Shown: positions 29,165 through 44,968, counted from the stretch's first letter. The stretch: DNA of 64,000 bases from Octopus vulgaris (GCA_951406725.2 OX597823.1:113212001-113276000); one strand, 5' to 3'. Made by a program: numbers and translations. Notes: generated by a model from the letters alone, not told the origin.

Positions 29165-29517
29165 GACACAGAAAAAAACAACGAGAGGATATATGCACAC
29201 ACACGCACGCATATATAGAAGTTGGGATCAAACGTTATCCACACTTTCACTTTTGTTTTCAAATTGGCTTCACTGCCTTCAGATCTCGCTGTACATTAGG
29301 ACAAAAAGTGGAATCGTTGAAGCTCACGTACCCGAGCTATGGTCTTGATTGCCACAGTTTTCTTTCTGGTGTTACAGAGTAAACATTGCCATTCCGCTGG
29401 CCGCTGGCAGTGTGCACAGAAAACGAACAGAGATCAGCGATCTGATTTCTCTGATTTGCAGGTGTGTCAGAGGTTGAAACTCATTGTTAGCTTTCTGTAT
29501 AATATGGGGACATATAC

Positions 29518-29750
29518 AAGGCGGTGAGCTGGCAGAAACGTTAGCACGCCGGGCGAAATGCGTAGCCGTATTTCATCTGCCATTACGTTCTGAGTTCAAA
29601 TTCCGCCGAGGTCGACTTTGTCTTTCATCCTTTCGGGGTCGATAAATAAAGTACCAGTTACGCACTGGAGTCGATGTAATCGACTTAATCCCTTTGTCTG
29701 TCTTTGTTTGTCCCCTTTATGTTTAGCCCCTTGTGGGCAGTAAAGAAATA
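29518..29750 (+). mobile_element. SINE family A, full length
   Basis: 15-bp TSD TATAATATGGGGACA at 29498-29512 and 29751-29765. Confidence 0.93.
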
Positions 29751-30264
29751 TATAATATGGGGACAGCGCTCTAGCGCGTAGAATTGTGTATGAGTAGAAC
29801 GAGATGTTGTTACATATCAGAAGTAGGAACAATCTTAACAGCCATTAATATTTAGATGTAACTTTCTGAATATAATAAAACAAATACAATTATGTAGATA
29901 CAGTATAGAAACAAAACATCTCTATGTAATAGTGTAACTGTTATTCAAACTGCCAATTACATCCACACGATTATGTAAGAAGCATGGTTATTGAATGTAT
30001 GATTTCTTGTATGAATGTTTTCGTCGTTAAATGTTGTCGTAATATTCTAAGTAATATAGTATGAAACGTAAATTAGGTTTACAAAAGTATTCAAACTTTA
30101 TATATATATATATACACACCGCACAATTACATCTATACACAAAAACACAAACGCATATCCCCTTTATTTCATATACATGAATGTATGTAATTATCTATAT
30201 CTATCTCTCTCTCGATATATATATGTATATATATATGTATATGTATATGTATATATATATATAT

Positions 30265-30340
<76 letters not shown>

Positions 30341-31153
30341 AGAGAGGAAATGTATTCCTATATATATCAGAGATAGAGGGAGAAAGCTGAAGAGAGATAG
30401 AGAGAGAAAGGGGGAGATCCATGCATATAATCTATCTATTACTATCTATTACTACAAAATTAACATTGTCTTTTTCTGTCTTCTTATCGATGCATCGGAA
30501 AATGCTTTAAAATTAGACAGTACACGCACTGACATCCTGCCGATCAACCATAATCGCAAACACACACTCATGAACCCGGAATTTCGCATATTAATACATC
30601 TATTCATGCAAGCAATACACCGATGCATGTTTGCATTTATTACAACTAATTCAAATACTGAAATTGGATACCCGTCCCTATGATATGTATAATAATATAC
30701 TTTGTCCCGGTAGACTATTAACCAAACCAAAATAGCAGTGATTTTAAAAGTGATGTTATTTATCCTATGTTAAAGTATGGAGATAAGTGATTCTATATAA
30801 ATGACTATAATGTTAGAATTCTTATATATGTGTGTATATATATACGTGAAGATTTATTTCAACTGACATGAAAGTAAATTAACTTTGGCTGCAACATGTA
30901 GCCCTGAGTTGTTCGGGGAACAAAATGATACCTTGAAACGTTGTGCCTTCCATTACGATGAGGAAATGGTATTATAATAATTTGAACTCGGTGGAAATAG
31001 TTGAATCAGTAGAATACCAAAATAAATGTCTTTTATTATTTGACTCTATCAGATTTCAAATCCTATTTGTTTTTTAGTCTAATAATAGTGTTTTCTCTTA
31101 TTGTCCAAGCTTTTCGTGATTTTTTAGTGGAGCGGCTCTGTGGTCAACTTTAA

Positions 31154-31501
31154 CACGTAAAGCGCGACGGGCCACGATTGTGGCTGTTAGGCACAGATCG
31201 AGAGGCCACGATCGTGGCTGTCATGCACTGGTCGAGAGGCCACGATCGTGGCCCAGATAGATGCATTTAATTTATGGGCGTTTATTGTGGTCTAATGTCA
31301 CCCAAACGCTCCGATACCTCGCACAATCCAAGAGGACTACTAGTTCAACTAATGACTTTTCAGATGAGGTAAAACTTGCTACCATTATATATTATACTAC
31401 GAAGATATTTTAACTATTTTTTGTGTGCATGGTAGTCTCATTTTCATAAAATATGCTCAGCAGTCCGTGCTATGTAAGTTCAAATCCCGGCGCTTAACGG
31501 G
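31154..31501. mobile_element. piggyBac-like MITE
   Basis: TTAA flanks; imperfect TIRs CACGTAAAGCGC and GCGCTTAACGGG; three subterminal palindromic GGCCACGATYGTGGC repeats. Confidence 0.75.
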
Positions 31502-32616
31502 TTAAGGAAAATTTAGATATCTGAGGTCAGTGAAAAATACCAATTTTGACAGAAACGTGATTTTAGCCAATGGTGGATTATATCTTGATTTACTTAATGC
31601 TCTTCGAAAAGACCTTAATATCAAAATATCATTTTTCTGTTCTTTTAAATTATAGAACTTTTTGACGCTTTGTTCTTCCTCCAAATCAATCAGTACATAC
31701 AATGACGTGTGTGTGTTATAGTTTGATGTAAGAACAGCTCAACAATTTTTGATATGAAAATATATTTTGTGTTTGGTGAGCCAAAACACCAGCCAGAACT
31801 ACTGAACTATAACAGAATCAGCTCACCAAACAAAGCCTTTCTTGGCTCCATAACAACTATGAGAAAGCAGAACAGTAGTGAACTACCCTTTGATCGTGTG
31901 AATGCCATCAACCATCCACACTATTTTTTTTTAGAGAGAAAGCCATTCTAAAGCACCTTTTTAATAAATAAAACAGAACCCTCTTTTGATCACGTGACTG
32001 CCTTCAACCAACCACATTGTTTTTTAAAAGGAAGGTAATTTTGAGCAACCATTTCTGCATAAAATTGTGATAACTGTCAAATTCCATCCAGATGCGACAC
32101 CCTACAGCCAGATCCGAGAACTATAAATGGTCTGTTATTTCTCCACTCACCTTTTTGTTAATTTAAGATGCTACAAACAGTTATGGTTTCTGATCACAGT
32201 GAGACTAAAACTTTAGTACCAACTAATTGACAAACCAGACTCATTTTATCTTCTTGTCAAACACTCAATTACTTGATTTGGAAATATTCATGTAAATTAA
32301 TTTTTATATTCTTATCATTCTAAAACAATTTTACCTGATCTGAATATTTTTATGCAAACTATTTTTGATCCATCAGAGGATACATAAAGACTCAACTTTC
32401 TCTAATCATTATCAAATACTCTTTTACTTGATTTGAATATATTTATGAGAACTAATTTTGACACCAAAGAAGATTCACAAACTCTCATACCTTACTTTTG
32501 AAATCCTTTTCAAATAAATGAAACCGGTTAAGTTAAGAAATACTTTAAAAGGACTCCTGCATTTTCAGATTCTTTTCCTAATATTTTTACTCGTGCAGTA
32601 ACCCCTAACCTTACTT

Positions 32617-32673
<57 letters not shown>

Positions 32674-32713
32674 TACACACCCACACACACACACACACAC
32701 ATACATACACACC

Positions 32714-32759
<46 letters not shown>

Positions 32760-32814
32760 CAGAGAGAGAGAGAGAGAGATTTATGAATCTATATATATAC
32801 GGATAATTTTTATC

Positions 32815-33165
32815 TTTTATCTTTCAGTTCTTTCAGTCATTGGACGGCTGTCAAACTGGGACACGACTTTGGTGGATTTAGTCGAACAAATCAACCCCAG
32901 TAGTTAATTTAGAGGCTAGTACTTCTTCTAACGGACCCTTTTGTCAAAAATTTAAGACAGGGCGGCGTAAACACACCAAGACCAGTTGTCAACCGGTAAT
33001 AAGGAAGAAATGCAGAGGCAGACATACATAGAGGCATACATATTATACACAAAAGGCTTTTTTTAGTTTCTGACCACCAAATCTATTTATAAGACTTTGG
33101 TATGATGCGGATGAACCCAGTATGATGAGGATGAGAAATAAACTTCTTACCATAGAACCACGCTT
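32815..33165 (-). mobile_element. Old diverged SINE B copy
   Basis: TTTCAGTCATTGG...GTCGAACAAATCAACCCCAG...CGTAAACACACC blocks. Confidence 0.65.
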
Positions 33166-33457
33166 CTGTATATATGTACCTCTCGGTACATGTGCATGTA
33201 AGAGAACTTATGCTTATCGATATATGTATACCTTGGAGTGTGTAGCCGATGCATGCCTTCGGTTTTACATTTGTCACTTATGAACACACTTATAAGAGAA
33301 TATGCCTCAGTTTTGATTGTTTTCGTACCTACATTGAGATATGACTCGCTCAACACATAGAAAAGTTGCGTTAATAATATTTTTCCTTGTCAATACAGAA
33401 TTGCCCTCTCTTTTAATCATTTCTGTGAGGAGTTACGGCTTGTATAGTTCTCTAGGG

Positions 33458-33764
33458 CAGTGCTACTCAAAGTGGCGGTCCGCGGACCGGTGCCGGTCTG
33501 CGAGATATCAGCTACCGGGACACAACGAGTTCCAGAGGAGGATGAAACATTATAAAATGCTTATAAAATGCCTTATAAAATGTAATATGTAATATCGTAT
33601 TATTTCTTTACAAAATATAAAATTAAAAAATTGTCAACTTTTATTATATTCATTATAGATATTGTTTCCGGTATAAATTAATATTACTAAGAAATATTAC
33701 CGTTCCCAGGCACATTGGAAAACAAACTGCCAGTACGCCACATCAGATAGCTTGAGAAGCAGTG
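33458..33764. mobile_element. hAT (Charlie/Buster-type) MITE
   Basis: TIRs CAGTGCTACTCAA and TTGAGAAGCAGTG; exact 8-bp TSD CTCTAGGG at 33450-33457 and 33765-33772. Confidence 0.9.
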
Positions 33765-36678
33765 CTCTAGGGAATGATATTACTTATATATACCTCTTCA
33801 TTCAAACTTAATATGTAATATGCCAGTGAGATGTATATTTCACTTGTGTATGTGTTGTAGAAGTGAATATGTTGAGTGTGTTTTCTTTCAGAAAATGCAA
33901 TCCTTTTCATTGTTGCATATATATATATATATATATATCGGCATAAATGTTCCATTGGAGTCGAATGAAACTTTTCTGCTACCCTATTCAGTCAAATATA
34001 TGAATATATACACAAATATATATATATATATATGCACACATATGTAATATGCAGGCATACGCGCACACACACGCACACACACATACACATATATACAGGC
34101 ATACATATTCATACAGATATGTGTGTGTGTGTTTGTACGCGTTGAAGTTTGTTTTTATCTCAAGTTATAATAAAAATAATTAAAAATGTTTGATATGTGA
34201 AACATGATAACGACATGGAAAGTATTATAGTTCACAGTTCAGATAACTATGGACAGTGCTCACAGCTCCCTTACAAACATTAAGTGTAGTGACACCTGCT
34301 ACAGCTGATACGCGATTAGAAAAATCCCTCACATATCGTTTCAAAATAGTCTCAGATTAAAAAAGAAGAACCCTGTAATATGTTGTCGTCACCATTTAGA
34401 TAAAGAATACCGATGATTACACCTCAGTTCTATATCTTTTGTCCCTGATTTTGTATATATTTGGCAAAATTTGTAAGTTTCATTATGGTACCGGCTAATG
34501 AAGGTGTGAGTGTGTTTGCACGCGTTGAAGTTCGTTTTCATCTCAAGTTATAATAAAAAGAATTTAACATTAAACTAAAGATTACTTTTATAGAGTATAC
34601 GTTTATCAAATTTTTATGAGAAAAGGATAATAATGAATTCGATATTCCGGCCTACTAGCCTCCATCGAGCTGCAGTACACTTGGGTTCCTATTGCAAATA
34701 TTCTCTTGAACATTTGCCACACTTAGCAATCAACCAAAATGGTGGAAAATATAAGTCCACCGGAATGTGCTAGTAGAGCGAAATAACTACTTTTATATAA
34801 CAATGTTGTACAAATACCTCCAGAGTGCTCTACTAACTAATATACATTTTGCTAAAGTTTTGTAACAGAATCTACCTAGTCAGACATGTATTTCACAGAA
34901 GAGATTTAAATTTGTTTCATGAAGGGATATATTACCTATGACTGCTGTACAAATAAATAGAAAATTTTGGGGTCTAGTGTGCCTGTCTCTCTATCAAAAG
35001 AAAACAAGCATATAGTTACCTCATGTCTCACTTCTGAGGCATCTGTATATTTCGCTGGTTATTCGCATCCTCGGTCAATGCATAAAAGGGAGTGATCTTC
35101 GGAAGCTCTGAAATAAAAACTGTCAACAACAGCAGGCTTGAATAAGAGGTGCAGTTGAAGAAATGCTACGATGTGTGTCGATTTTGTTACAGCAATATGT
35201 ATATGTATGTGTTTTTGTGTGTGTCTAAGTATATATGTAACCAAATTAGAAAATGGAAGTAATTACTGCATTGTAAGTTGTTTACTAATTACTTATAATT
35301 CACTTACTCAAAAGGCAATTACCTCTTTCCACGTGTTCCCATTTGCTTCAAACCATTTCCCAACTGGTATCAGATTTTAGTAATTGTTTGTTTTGAACTG
35401 AAATGCGCTACAAGTTACGTCGTTCGATTTCTTCATCGTAAATAACAGAAAGTAAATATAAATATAAATATAAAAAATAAAATGAAACAACAACTAAATG
35501 CAAGTCACTAAATACTTACAAAAATATGGGAAACAATAATATTCACCTGGTAAACAATTCATATGCGCATGCGTAATACTGTCATAGAAACATATTAAGT
35601 ATTTTCTCCGTTTTGTTTTTTCCTTTCTTTCATTATTCCTTCTGTATTTTACGTTATTTCGCTTATTCATTGTTTTGAATTTAAGTGTGTGTATTTAAGT
35701 ATGTTTATATGTATGTATGTTTGTATATATATATGTATGTTTTCCTACAGGCACACATGCACGTACACACAATCACATATATGTTTGAATATAATATATA
35801 CTCTCACATATGTTAGTATGTTACATACGCAAACGAGCATAGATATATACGTACACTTATACGTATACGTATATATATAGTCACGTCACTAATTACACGT
35901 ATAAAGGTAGAAACACACTCTAACACACTTGCATACACAGGTGGGTGTGTGCGCAGGATTCTCTATGTTTACACGCGTAAACCTTTACGTACACGTCACG
36001 TTGCCTCTGAGAATACATACATACATATATATATATATACACTTGCTGTGTATAAATATATTTTCATTTACAAATGGGAGTTCAAATAAATGAAGAAAAC
36101 ATGCATATTGTAAGAGTGTATTTAAAAAACAACTTACTTATTCATTTGTTTTCATGTGTGGACTGGTTGTCATTAATTATATATTCTCTAAAAACTATTT
36201 CGTTTTATTTCTACACATTTTGACTTGTTTTGTTCCTCTTACCTGTTTTTTTTTTTTCAAACATTGGAGTCAAAATTGCTTTCATCTGTACGGGGTGTCG
36301 CTATTGTAATAAATTTCATTAGCAGATGCAGTGCAATGTACACATTGTTAAGCCTTTGTTACAACACATGTATTCTTAAACACGTACAATGCACCTACTA
36401 TTTAAGAATTCCAGTTCAGACTAATACGGTAAGCAAAACAACACATTCATTCTTTGTATCTGTGCAGTAAATGAATAGAGAAGTTTTTAAAAAATTGTCA
36501 AAACAAACGCTATCTTCTTCCAAATCGTTTTGTTTCTGCCTTTGTTCATAATATATGAAAATACTTTACAAGCAACATCATGAAATAATAATGAATGATA
36601 ATGTCCACTTATTGTTTACTGCAGGCAAATAGATCGCATTCTCTTTTATTTACAGCTCAATTCAGCATTACTCTTCGA

Positions 36679-36705
36679 TTATTATTATTATCATTATTAT
36701 TATTA

Positions 36706-36778
<73 letters not shown>

Positions 36779-36786
36779 CATCATCA

Positions 36787-36847
<61 letters not shown>

Positions 36848-36890
36848 CATTAATAATAATAATAACAATAATATAATAATAATAATAATA
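36679..36890. repeat. (TTA)n switching to (TAA)n microsatellite
   Basis: Strand switch at about 36851. Confidence 0.9.
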
Positions 36891-36891
36891 A

Positions 36892-37105
36892 CAAGGCTAG
36901 CTGCCAGAATCGTTAGAATGCCGGGCACAATGCTTGACGGTATTTCGTCCACCTTAACGTTTTAACGTCATATTCCTCGGAGTTTGGCTTTAGCTTTCAT
37001 CCTTTTGGGGTCGATAAATTAAATACCAGTAAAACACTGGGGTCGATTTAATCGACTAGTCCTCCCCACCAAAATTTCAGCCGTGTGCCTTTAGTAAAAG
37101 GGATT
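36892..37105 (+). mobile_element. SINE A-related copy with alternative tail (CCCCACCAAAATTTCAG...GTGCCT)
   Basis: Same head and core as family A, different 3' end. Confidence 0.75.
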
Positions 37106-37800
37106 ATTAATATTATTTTTTTTATTGTTGCTGTTGTTGTTTTGCTTCTCAGACTGCTTGATCTTGTTTCCGCTGGTAGATTCTGCGAGAGCGGAAAACA
37201 TCCTGCTGTCAGAGGTCTCACAGTGTCTCTTTATGGACATTATATGCTTTGATACTTGGTTGTTAATTATCATGGGAGACAGTCAACATCCAAGTACCAA
37301 TCTGAAAATCTTAGCTTTCCTCAGCAGAACAGACTTTGGGGCTTGCTCTGCTCTTATGTCAATTCTGATTTCTTTGACATGTTTCTCGAACTTGGTTGTT
37401 TTCGCTCCGAGTGCTCCTATAACTACTGGAATGACAAATCTCCCCTCTTGCGATTTAGCCTTTTAGTAGTCAGTATTTTTCAATATTTTCTAGTTTTTTG
37501 TCACATGTGTGCATCTCCATGTATTGAAATATCTATAATCTTGATTACCTTTTTTCCTTTATATATCACAACAATATCTGGTCTTCGAGCCTCGAGTAGG
37601 GAATCGCATTGCATTGTGAAATCCCACAGTATCTTATATTCTTTGATTTCGGTGACCCTTGGTTCATGTTCGGACCGTTTCTGTGCTCTGTTCGGGCAGT
37701 TCTTGTCACATTGTCTCAAGTGCATGAACTTAGTCATATTATCATCTTTGTTTCTCAGACATAGTAACCAAAGCATCATTTTTGGTTGGTCAGTTATTTC
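37105..37800 (-). pseudogene. R4/Dong-clade non-LTR retrotransposon 3' end (restriction-like endonuclease), decayed
   Basis: HEPRV...KILWDFTMQCD..LEARRPDIVV...IIDISI; then IPVVIGALG...KSVLLRKAKIFRLVL; AAT/AAC-rich tail. Confidence 0.85.
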
Positions 37801-37861
37801 ATGAAGAATATTTATATTCTGTATCTAGAAATTCGAAAGATCTCTTAGACACTGCCTTTAA

Positions 37862-38512
37862 TGCCATCATCATTGTTCGACCGTGGTCGATACAATGGAA
37901 TTTACTATGTTACACCAGACTTCACGGTTCATCATAGCATTACGGAGGTCCTGTTGCTGGATGCCTGTATCCCTGGAGATTACATCACGATAGAAGAGTG
38001 TGCGCCCTCTGGTATCGCGAGCAGATGGCGTCCAGAGGAGAAGAGTAGAAATTACCTCGTTTTCAGCTCTACAACAATGTCTAGCAAACTGGACTCTTCT
38101 ACCTTTCACAAGAGATGATACAGGTGCTAATCTCTCATATATTTGTACTTTGGTTGGATGACGCTCCCACGAGAGATTTTGAGGCGAGTGTAAGTTCCAT
38201 CCAACCGCCTCCCAAGCTTCTTTGATAACGTCCAGGTTTCTGAGCCATATAGTAGAATTGGTTCGACGGTGGCTTTGAAGATTTTAAATTTGAAATCTCT
38301 ACTTAGATTTGATGACCAGATCTTATGCATGTCATTACAGGCTGACCAGGCCATACCCTTTCTAGTTAGAAAATCTTGTTCAGATGATGATATATATGAC
38401 CCAAGATATTTGTAATCAGAAACCATATTTAAGAGCGTATTGTTGAGAGTATGGATGATGAGATCACTGTCGGACAGGCACTTGTTTACATATTCAGTCC
38501 TGGACTCATTGA
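37862..38512 (-). pseudogene. RTE-group LINE, 5'-truncated C-terminal RT region, frameshifted
   Basis: DYKYLGSYI...KIWSS...KIFKATVEPILLYGSETWTL...LDGTYTRL; RRVQFARHC; AMMNREVW; short TGA-repeat tail. Confidence 0.88.
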
Positions 38513-40363
38513 TATGATATAATGGTGCACCATATTGCCAATTACTTTTCCTGTCATAAGTTTGAGGCTTAGGTTTATTGATTCTTGAAGAAGAGACAAG
38601 AATTATAAATAATAGATATTTAATACATATTTAATAGATAATAGAGATGAGTGCTGCAGTATTTTAAACATCTCTCTAAAACTATACAACATGATTATTG
38701 CATGTTGCCGAGTATGTGGGTTCTTGGTGTATGATATGCAAAAACTGCTGCAATGTTTCATCACTGATGTTACTGATGGTCCTAAACTTATTATTATCAC
38801 AGCCCACATCATTTATAGAGATTCTAAGATTTAAGCTTATCTGGAAATAAGACACGATCGATTATTTGCAATTTGCTTGGTAACAATCAACCAATGAGGC
38901 AGAAAGAAACATCTCACAAATCCCACTCAATCGACATGGAAAAGGCGGGAACACGTGTAGCTGTATAGTCGTGGAAATACTGTATAACCAAAACAGATGG
39001 CGTTGTTATATACGATCGGGAAAGCTTTGCATTAAATGAGCAGGTTTCTCAAACGCGCGATGGTTGCACGGTAACAATAATACACAAAAATCTTGCAAGA
39101 TACTGAGAGAAAGTTTCTGCACATGTGATATGAACATCATATTTCAGTAAAATAATTATCATTCATTTTATACAGTGGTCCCAATTATAGAGTAGAAAAC
39201 ATATATTACTCTTACAGCCACTTTACGAAAGTTGTTTCACGCACCCGTTTGGTAGCAAGATGTTACTGGCTAAACACAACGTATGATTAGGCGCTGCATG
39301 CATAACCACTGATACATTGTCACATTTACTGTGCAATTGAGGCAGGTTTTCAGAGCTTAGGTGACAAGAAAAAATATTGTATTGAAAGAGGTTGGCGCGG
39401 GGCTGCAATTCTTTAACGTCCCTTTAAAAGCAAGGCCGTTCCAGAGTTGTACCTGGTTCTGGCTGCAGAAATGCAACAGGTGAGACTTACGCAGCTGTCA
39501 TACGTGTGGCAGAGAGAGCTATTACAGTTCGAAAATTTTATTTTTCCTTGTTAGCACAGCCTAGCTAATATGGATATACAGAAGCAATGTGTTTTCTCCA
39601 ATCAATACCTTCTATGAATACAATACGCTGTTGGGATATCTGATCACTAACAATTACGTCTGCACATTCTCATGCTTGTAAACATTACCTTTGTTTATTT
39701 ACATGCTGATTCAGATATACTAAAATTGCTTTAAATGTAAAGAAAATGCAAGCATGACATTTTTCTAAATTCAGTTCTCTTACGTTATCAGGAATTCAGA
39801 TATGTTTGTGACTTGCACGGTGAATGAAACTAAAAATATATTATGCTTTGATACCAGCTGAGTAGCCCGTCCTTGCTGGACAATATTCACAATGGAATGC
39901 ACTATATTTCAATAGTTTTATTCCATGACAGACCATGGAAGTAAAGGCCTCTTCATCAGGGCGGATTTCTGCATTATTTGGGACAGTTTATAATGTCTCG
40001 ACAAACGATGGTTTTTTTTTTGTCTTCCATTTTCCAGCAGGCACATAGGTGCCGTTCATCGAATATGCTTGTAATTGCGATGTGTTGATGGTCACTGCAA
40101 AGCTAGTAAGTACCGGAAATTGAAGTCGTTGAAGTGAAATAAGACATTGTCTCGTGAGACCGTAAGACAGAAGATCATGTTTTCATATCATCAAGTCTAT
40201 TTCTTCTATGTTCGGGTATCTCTTGAATTCGCTGCGGATATTTGTAAGGGTCTATGGACTCTATCACCCAAATAAAGTTCCTTACACACTTGCATACACA
40301 TACATACAAACGTAAACATATTATATATATATATATCATGCCCAGTCTGTGTACGTTTGTATG

Positions 40364-40446
<83 letters not shown>

Positions 40447-40852
40447 GTATATAGAGAAGAGGGAAAGAGAATGTGGTGGTACGGAGAAAAGCGTAAAAAC
40501 AGAGAAAGAGAGAAAGAAAGTTAGACAAACAGTTATAAGGCGAGATTTCATACACATATACACAAACGTATACACAATCAGGTTATCACGAGTTCAACAA
40601 GGCAGCTTCTAAGAACATTCAATACTGGCGATCTGGAAGATGTGTTATTTCTCGTAGAAAATTCTACGCTTTCATAACTTATAACGAAATATCTCTTTGG
40701 GGCGCATATTTCGAAAATTAAATCCGTTCCTCTCGAGTGCATACGGTCTCGGAGCCATAAGCATATATATATATCCATGACGACATAAGTATGTACATAC
40801 ACCTATACGCTCTCCTTTATATAGTATTATATATTATAATATAATATATTTA

Positions 40853-40947
<95 letters not shown>

Positions 40948-41098
40948 ATATATATGTGTGTGTGTGTGAGTGTGTATGTGTATCTATCTATCTATATATA
41001 TGTGTATGTATGTGTGTGTATAAACATTATGTACACTTTGAAATATAAAAGCTACGTTAGTGCTAATATATCTAATTCAGGTAATATCTTAAACCTAA

Positions 41099-41580
41099 CA
41101 AGGCGGCGAACGGACAGAACTTACTGAAGCCGGGTGAAATGCTTATCGGTATTTCGTCTGTATTTACGTTCTGAGTTCAAATTCCGCCGAAGTCGAATTT
41201 GCCTTTCATCCTTTCAGGATCGACAAATTAAGTACCAGTCGCGTACTGGGTCGATGTAATCGACTGACCCCCCTCCCACAAAATTTCGGACCTTGTGCCT
41301 AGAATAGAAAAGAATATCATAAACTTAATTCGGAATTAATAATTAATGTTGTCAAACGATGAAGCGGCCAGCTGGCAGACTCGTTAGCACGCTGGGCAAA
41401 ATGTTTCGCGGCATTTCGTCAGTCCTTATGATCTGAGTTCAAATTCCGTTGCTGTCGACTTTGCCTTTCATCCTCTTTTGAGGTCGATAAATTATGTGCC
41501 AATCGGGTACTAGCTTCGATGCAATCGACTTACCCACACACACGAAATTGCTGGTTTTGCGTCAAAATTTCATGTCATTA
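41099..41580 (+). mobile_element. Two adjacent SINE A-related copies with alternative tail (41099-41315 and about 41361-41580)
   Basis: Heads, CTGAGTTCAAATTCC B-boxes and cores are visible in both. Confidence 0.8.
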
Positions 41581-42576
41581 TTAATTAATTATTATTTTTA
41601 ACATTTCCCAAACTCTGAAGCCTTCCCTGAAATATTTCAGCCTTATTATGTCTTCATCAATAAACACCTAACACCGGTCAAGTCTATGATGATAGAATCA
41701 CTGAGTATATGTGCCAGTTGAGAAAATGAAATTAGGAAATAACATTGTTTACAGAATAAGTTGTAATATCTACAAATGACAAGTCATAAATCAGATTCCA
41801 ATTAACAGTGATAACCTATCTATTGTAATCTAACATCTATGATAGTAGGGAATGATTAGATGCCATACAGCATCTTTGATGTATAGCTGATCTAGTTAAT
41901 TTGTTATTGAACCAGCTACAGATGTTATGGTCCAGAGCAGTTGGGATATATATAGCTAAGATTTTATCACTTGGCTATTGAAAATAAATTGTGAATTTTG
42001 CACGACAAAAATGTTCATATTTCCCTACTGATCAAACCCTCTCATGAAAAGAGAGGAAGAAAAGAGAGAGAGAGAAAGAAGTGAATGCCGAACAAAGTGG
42101 AATTGAAACAGAGAAATATGAAACTTGCGTATTATACTCACGAAATTTACTTAACAACGTTCTCAACCATTAATTTTCTAGGCTATTCTCCCAAACTGAA
42201 GAAAAGTTACGAATATTGTTTGATGTATTTGCGCTTGACGGAATCACAGTGCATTTTAAGCAACACCACTTGAGATTATGGTATCTCAATGAGTTAGAAA
42301 ATTCTAAATATCTGATATCAAATGGCTTCGCTTCATACTTTATTCCGATCTATAAAATACATTACTTTAATCTCGCAAAATTTATGCATCGTGGTACATA
42401 TAGAGATTGATTTTAGCCATTGCTGATGTGTACATATATGTGCAATCTACACGTATGGGTGTGAATGTGTTTGTGCTTGCACGCCTTCTGTATATGTGAC
42501 TACATAAATTACATACAGTCGTGCCTTCACGTACATATTTAAATATAATATAAATACACACACACATACACACCCA

Positions 42577-42644
<68 letters not shown>

Positions 42645-44291
42645 CATATGTGTGTGTGTATGTGTGCGTGTATGCGTGTATGTATGTATACCAAATATCG
42701 CCCGTTCAAATGACATAGCGATATCACAACGTTAGATCTCTTACAAAAGAAACATCAAACTATCAATTAATTAATTTAATAGCAACCCAGTAGACAAGAA
42801 AAACAGGTGAAAGCGACCAACATAGAAAGAGGAGCAATAGGAAACCCACACGCACATACCCACGCACGCACTCACGCATGCACACGTTCATACGCACACA
42901 CACACACACACACAATCATATATACGCATATATTCACAGACAAACACTCGGACACCAACACGCACCAATGCTTTTAAAGTCACCAAATCTTTTTGAACCA
43001 TTGAAAAGAGCGTCTTTACCAAAAAGACATGTTTATTGCAAATCGGAAGTTTAGTAGCTGGAAAAAATATGGCGTATCGTATGAGATAAAAGATATAAAC
43101 AAAGGCCAGGTCTTTATAGACGAATGGACCATTTTAAGCGTGTTAACTTCAAAGATAACTTCTCTTGATATTTGTTGTGATATTGATTTTTAAATAGGTT
43201 TCCATTGTTATCCTATACTAATCTATTCTACTTGTCACAAAAAGTTGCGTGTGTTTTCGAATATCTCAACTAAGAACATATTTGATCGAATCTGAAAAGT
43301 AAATGTTAACTAAGACTTTTCTCTATCTTACGATTTCTTTCCTATATCGCGATTTCTTATTTTCTAAATGGAACGCAATGATCACAAATACAAGAGAATT
43401 TGTTAAAAAGATCGAATGTTAAAGTGGTAGTATAACATTATCACCACTGGGTGTATTTAATATTGTGCTTTTCAAAAGAATGGTCATTAATTGTTATTAG
43501 ATGGCAGTCGTAATCCGCCATGCGGTTTTACAATACTACATGATTTTTTAATGCCTTTAGCGAGTCCACACTGCTGCAAACTTTCTATATTGTTCCCCGA
43601 TCTAAATATAACTTGCATCTTTCCTCAGATGCTCTGAAATTTAATTATGGGTAATGTCCTAACTCTTGTGACTAAACCCTACAAGATAAAATATAGTGTT
43701 CATTTTCATCGGTACCGTATAGTACATTACATCGAGTCGTCACTGGAGAGCGAGTATGTCTTGCAAAGAATATAGCGTACCTTAGCTAATTAGATGCCTA
43801 TTTAGATGATATATAGATGCCAATTTACTCGTGAGCAGACATAGACACCCTCTTGTGCCTTACACTTGCCATATCGGAACAGGCAGAGCATGGCTGCTGT
43901 ACAGAAGTGGAGATGGATTCTACTGATACCAGTTTAATCAACAGCCAAATAAATCAGAATAACATACGATGAAATATTTTGTTCAAATATACAGACTGGG
44001 CTTTTGGTTCAGTGTTTTAACTTACAAACTTAAAATAAAGTACCGAATACATGTATTTTTGAATTGTTTTCGTTTATTCCAAAACAGTTTATATACAAGA
44101 AAGCATGACCACAGAAATTCCGATTTCGGAAATCATTTTCTGAAAAATTTTGGGTGTAGTTTGATGGTGATTTAGTAACTAATAATTAGGCATTTAAACT
44201 TGATTTAGTTTCCAACGTGCTAGCTTCATAAAGAATGACCGCATCTCCTTCAAAAAGAAATCGAAGAAATTATAGTACAGGTTAGCAAGAT

Positions 44292-44544
44292 CCTTCCTTC
44301 CTTCTCGAGCCATTCCAGCCTCATAAGGGCCGGTTTCCCGGTTTCAGTGTCGTAGAAATTCCCCACCTGGACGGGACGCCTGTCCATCGCATGATTACTC
44401 ATTTTTGCCAGCTGAGTGGACTGGAGCGACGTGAAATGAAGTGTTTTGCTCAAGAACACAACGCATCGCCCGGTCCAGCAATCGAAACCACGACCTTACG
44501 ATCATGAGTTTAACACCCTAACCACTAAGCCACGCGCCTCCACA
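44292..44544 (-). mobile_element. SINE family C, full length
   Basis: tRNA-like head TGTGGAGGCGCGTGGCTTAGTGGTTAG; TSD ACAGGTTAG(C/A)AAGAT at about 44277 and 44542. Confidence 0.9.
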
Positions 44545-44772
44545 GGTTAGAAAGATGGTGGGGGTCGGCCAAAAACGAGACAAGACAAAATATGTCAAAT
44601 TAAAGAAACTGAAAATCACTTGTTTTGACCTCTGGCATGCTGACCCCCAGTGCATGCTTTTCCTGGTTTATGATGTCTACGACACATTACATATCAAACC
44701 TGTGCACAGTAATTTCTTGTCTCTTACTTATATGTAGCCCGGGTCTTATCTACTGCATATCTTAACTATTGT

Positions 44773-44832
<60 letters not shown>

Positions 44833-44912
44833 TATACATATATACATATATATATATATCATATATACATATATATACATATATATATATACATATACAT
44901 ATATATATATAC

Positions 44913-44968
<56 letters not shown>

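Noticed and set aside
34125-34560. About 50-bp direct repeats at about 34125 and 34505 read as LTRs
   Set aside because: Too short, with no TG..CA ends, PBS or PPT; likely a local duplication.
39860-40100. Possible Helitron helicase remnant (FAVTINTSQ on minus, similar to FAMTINKSQ)
   Set aside because: A single short motif without supporting flanking homology.
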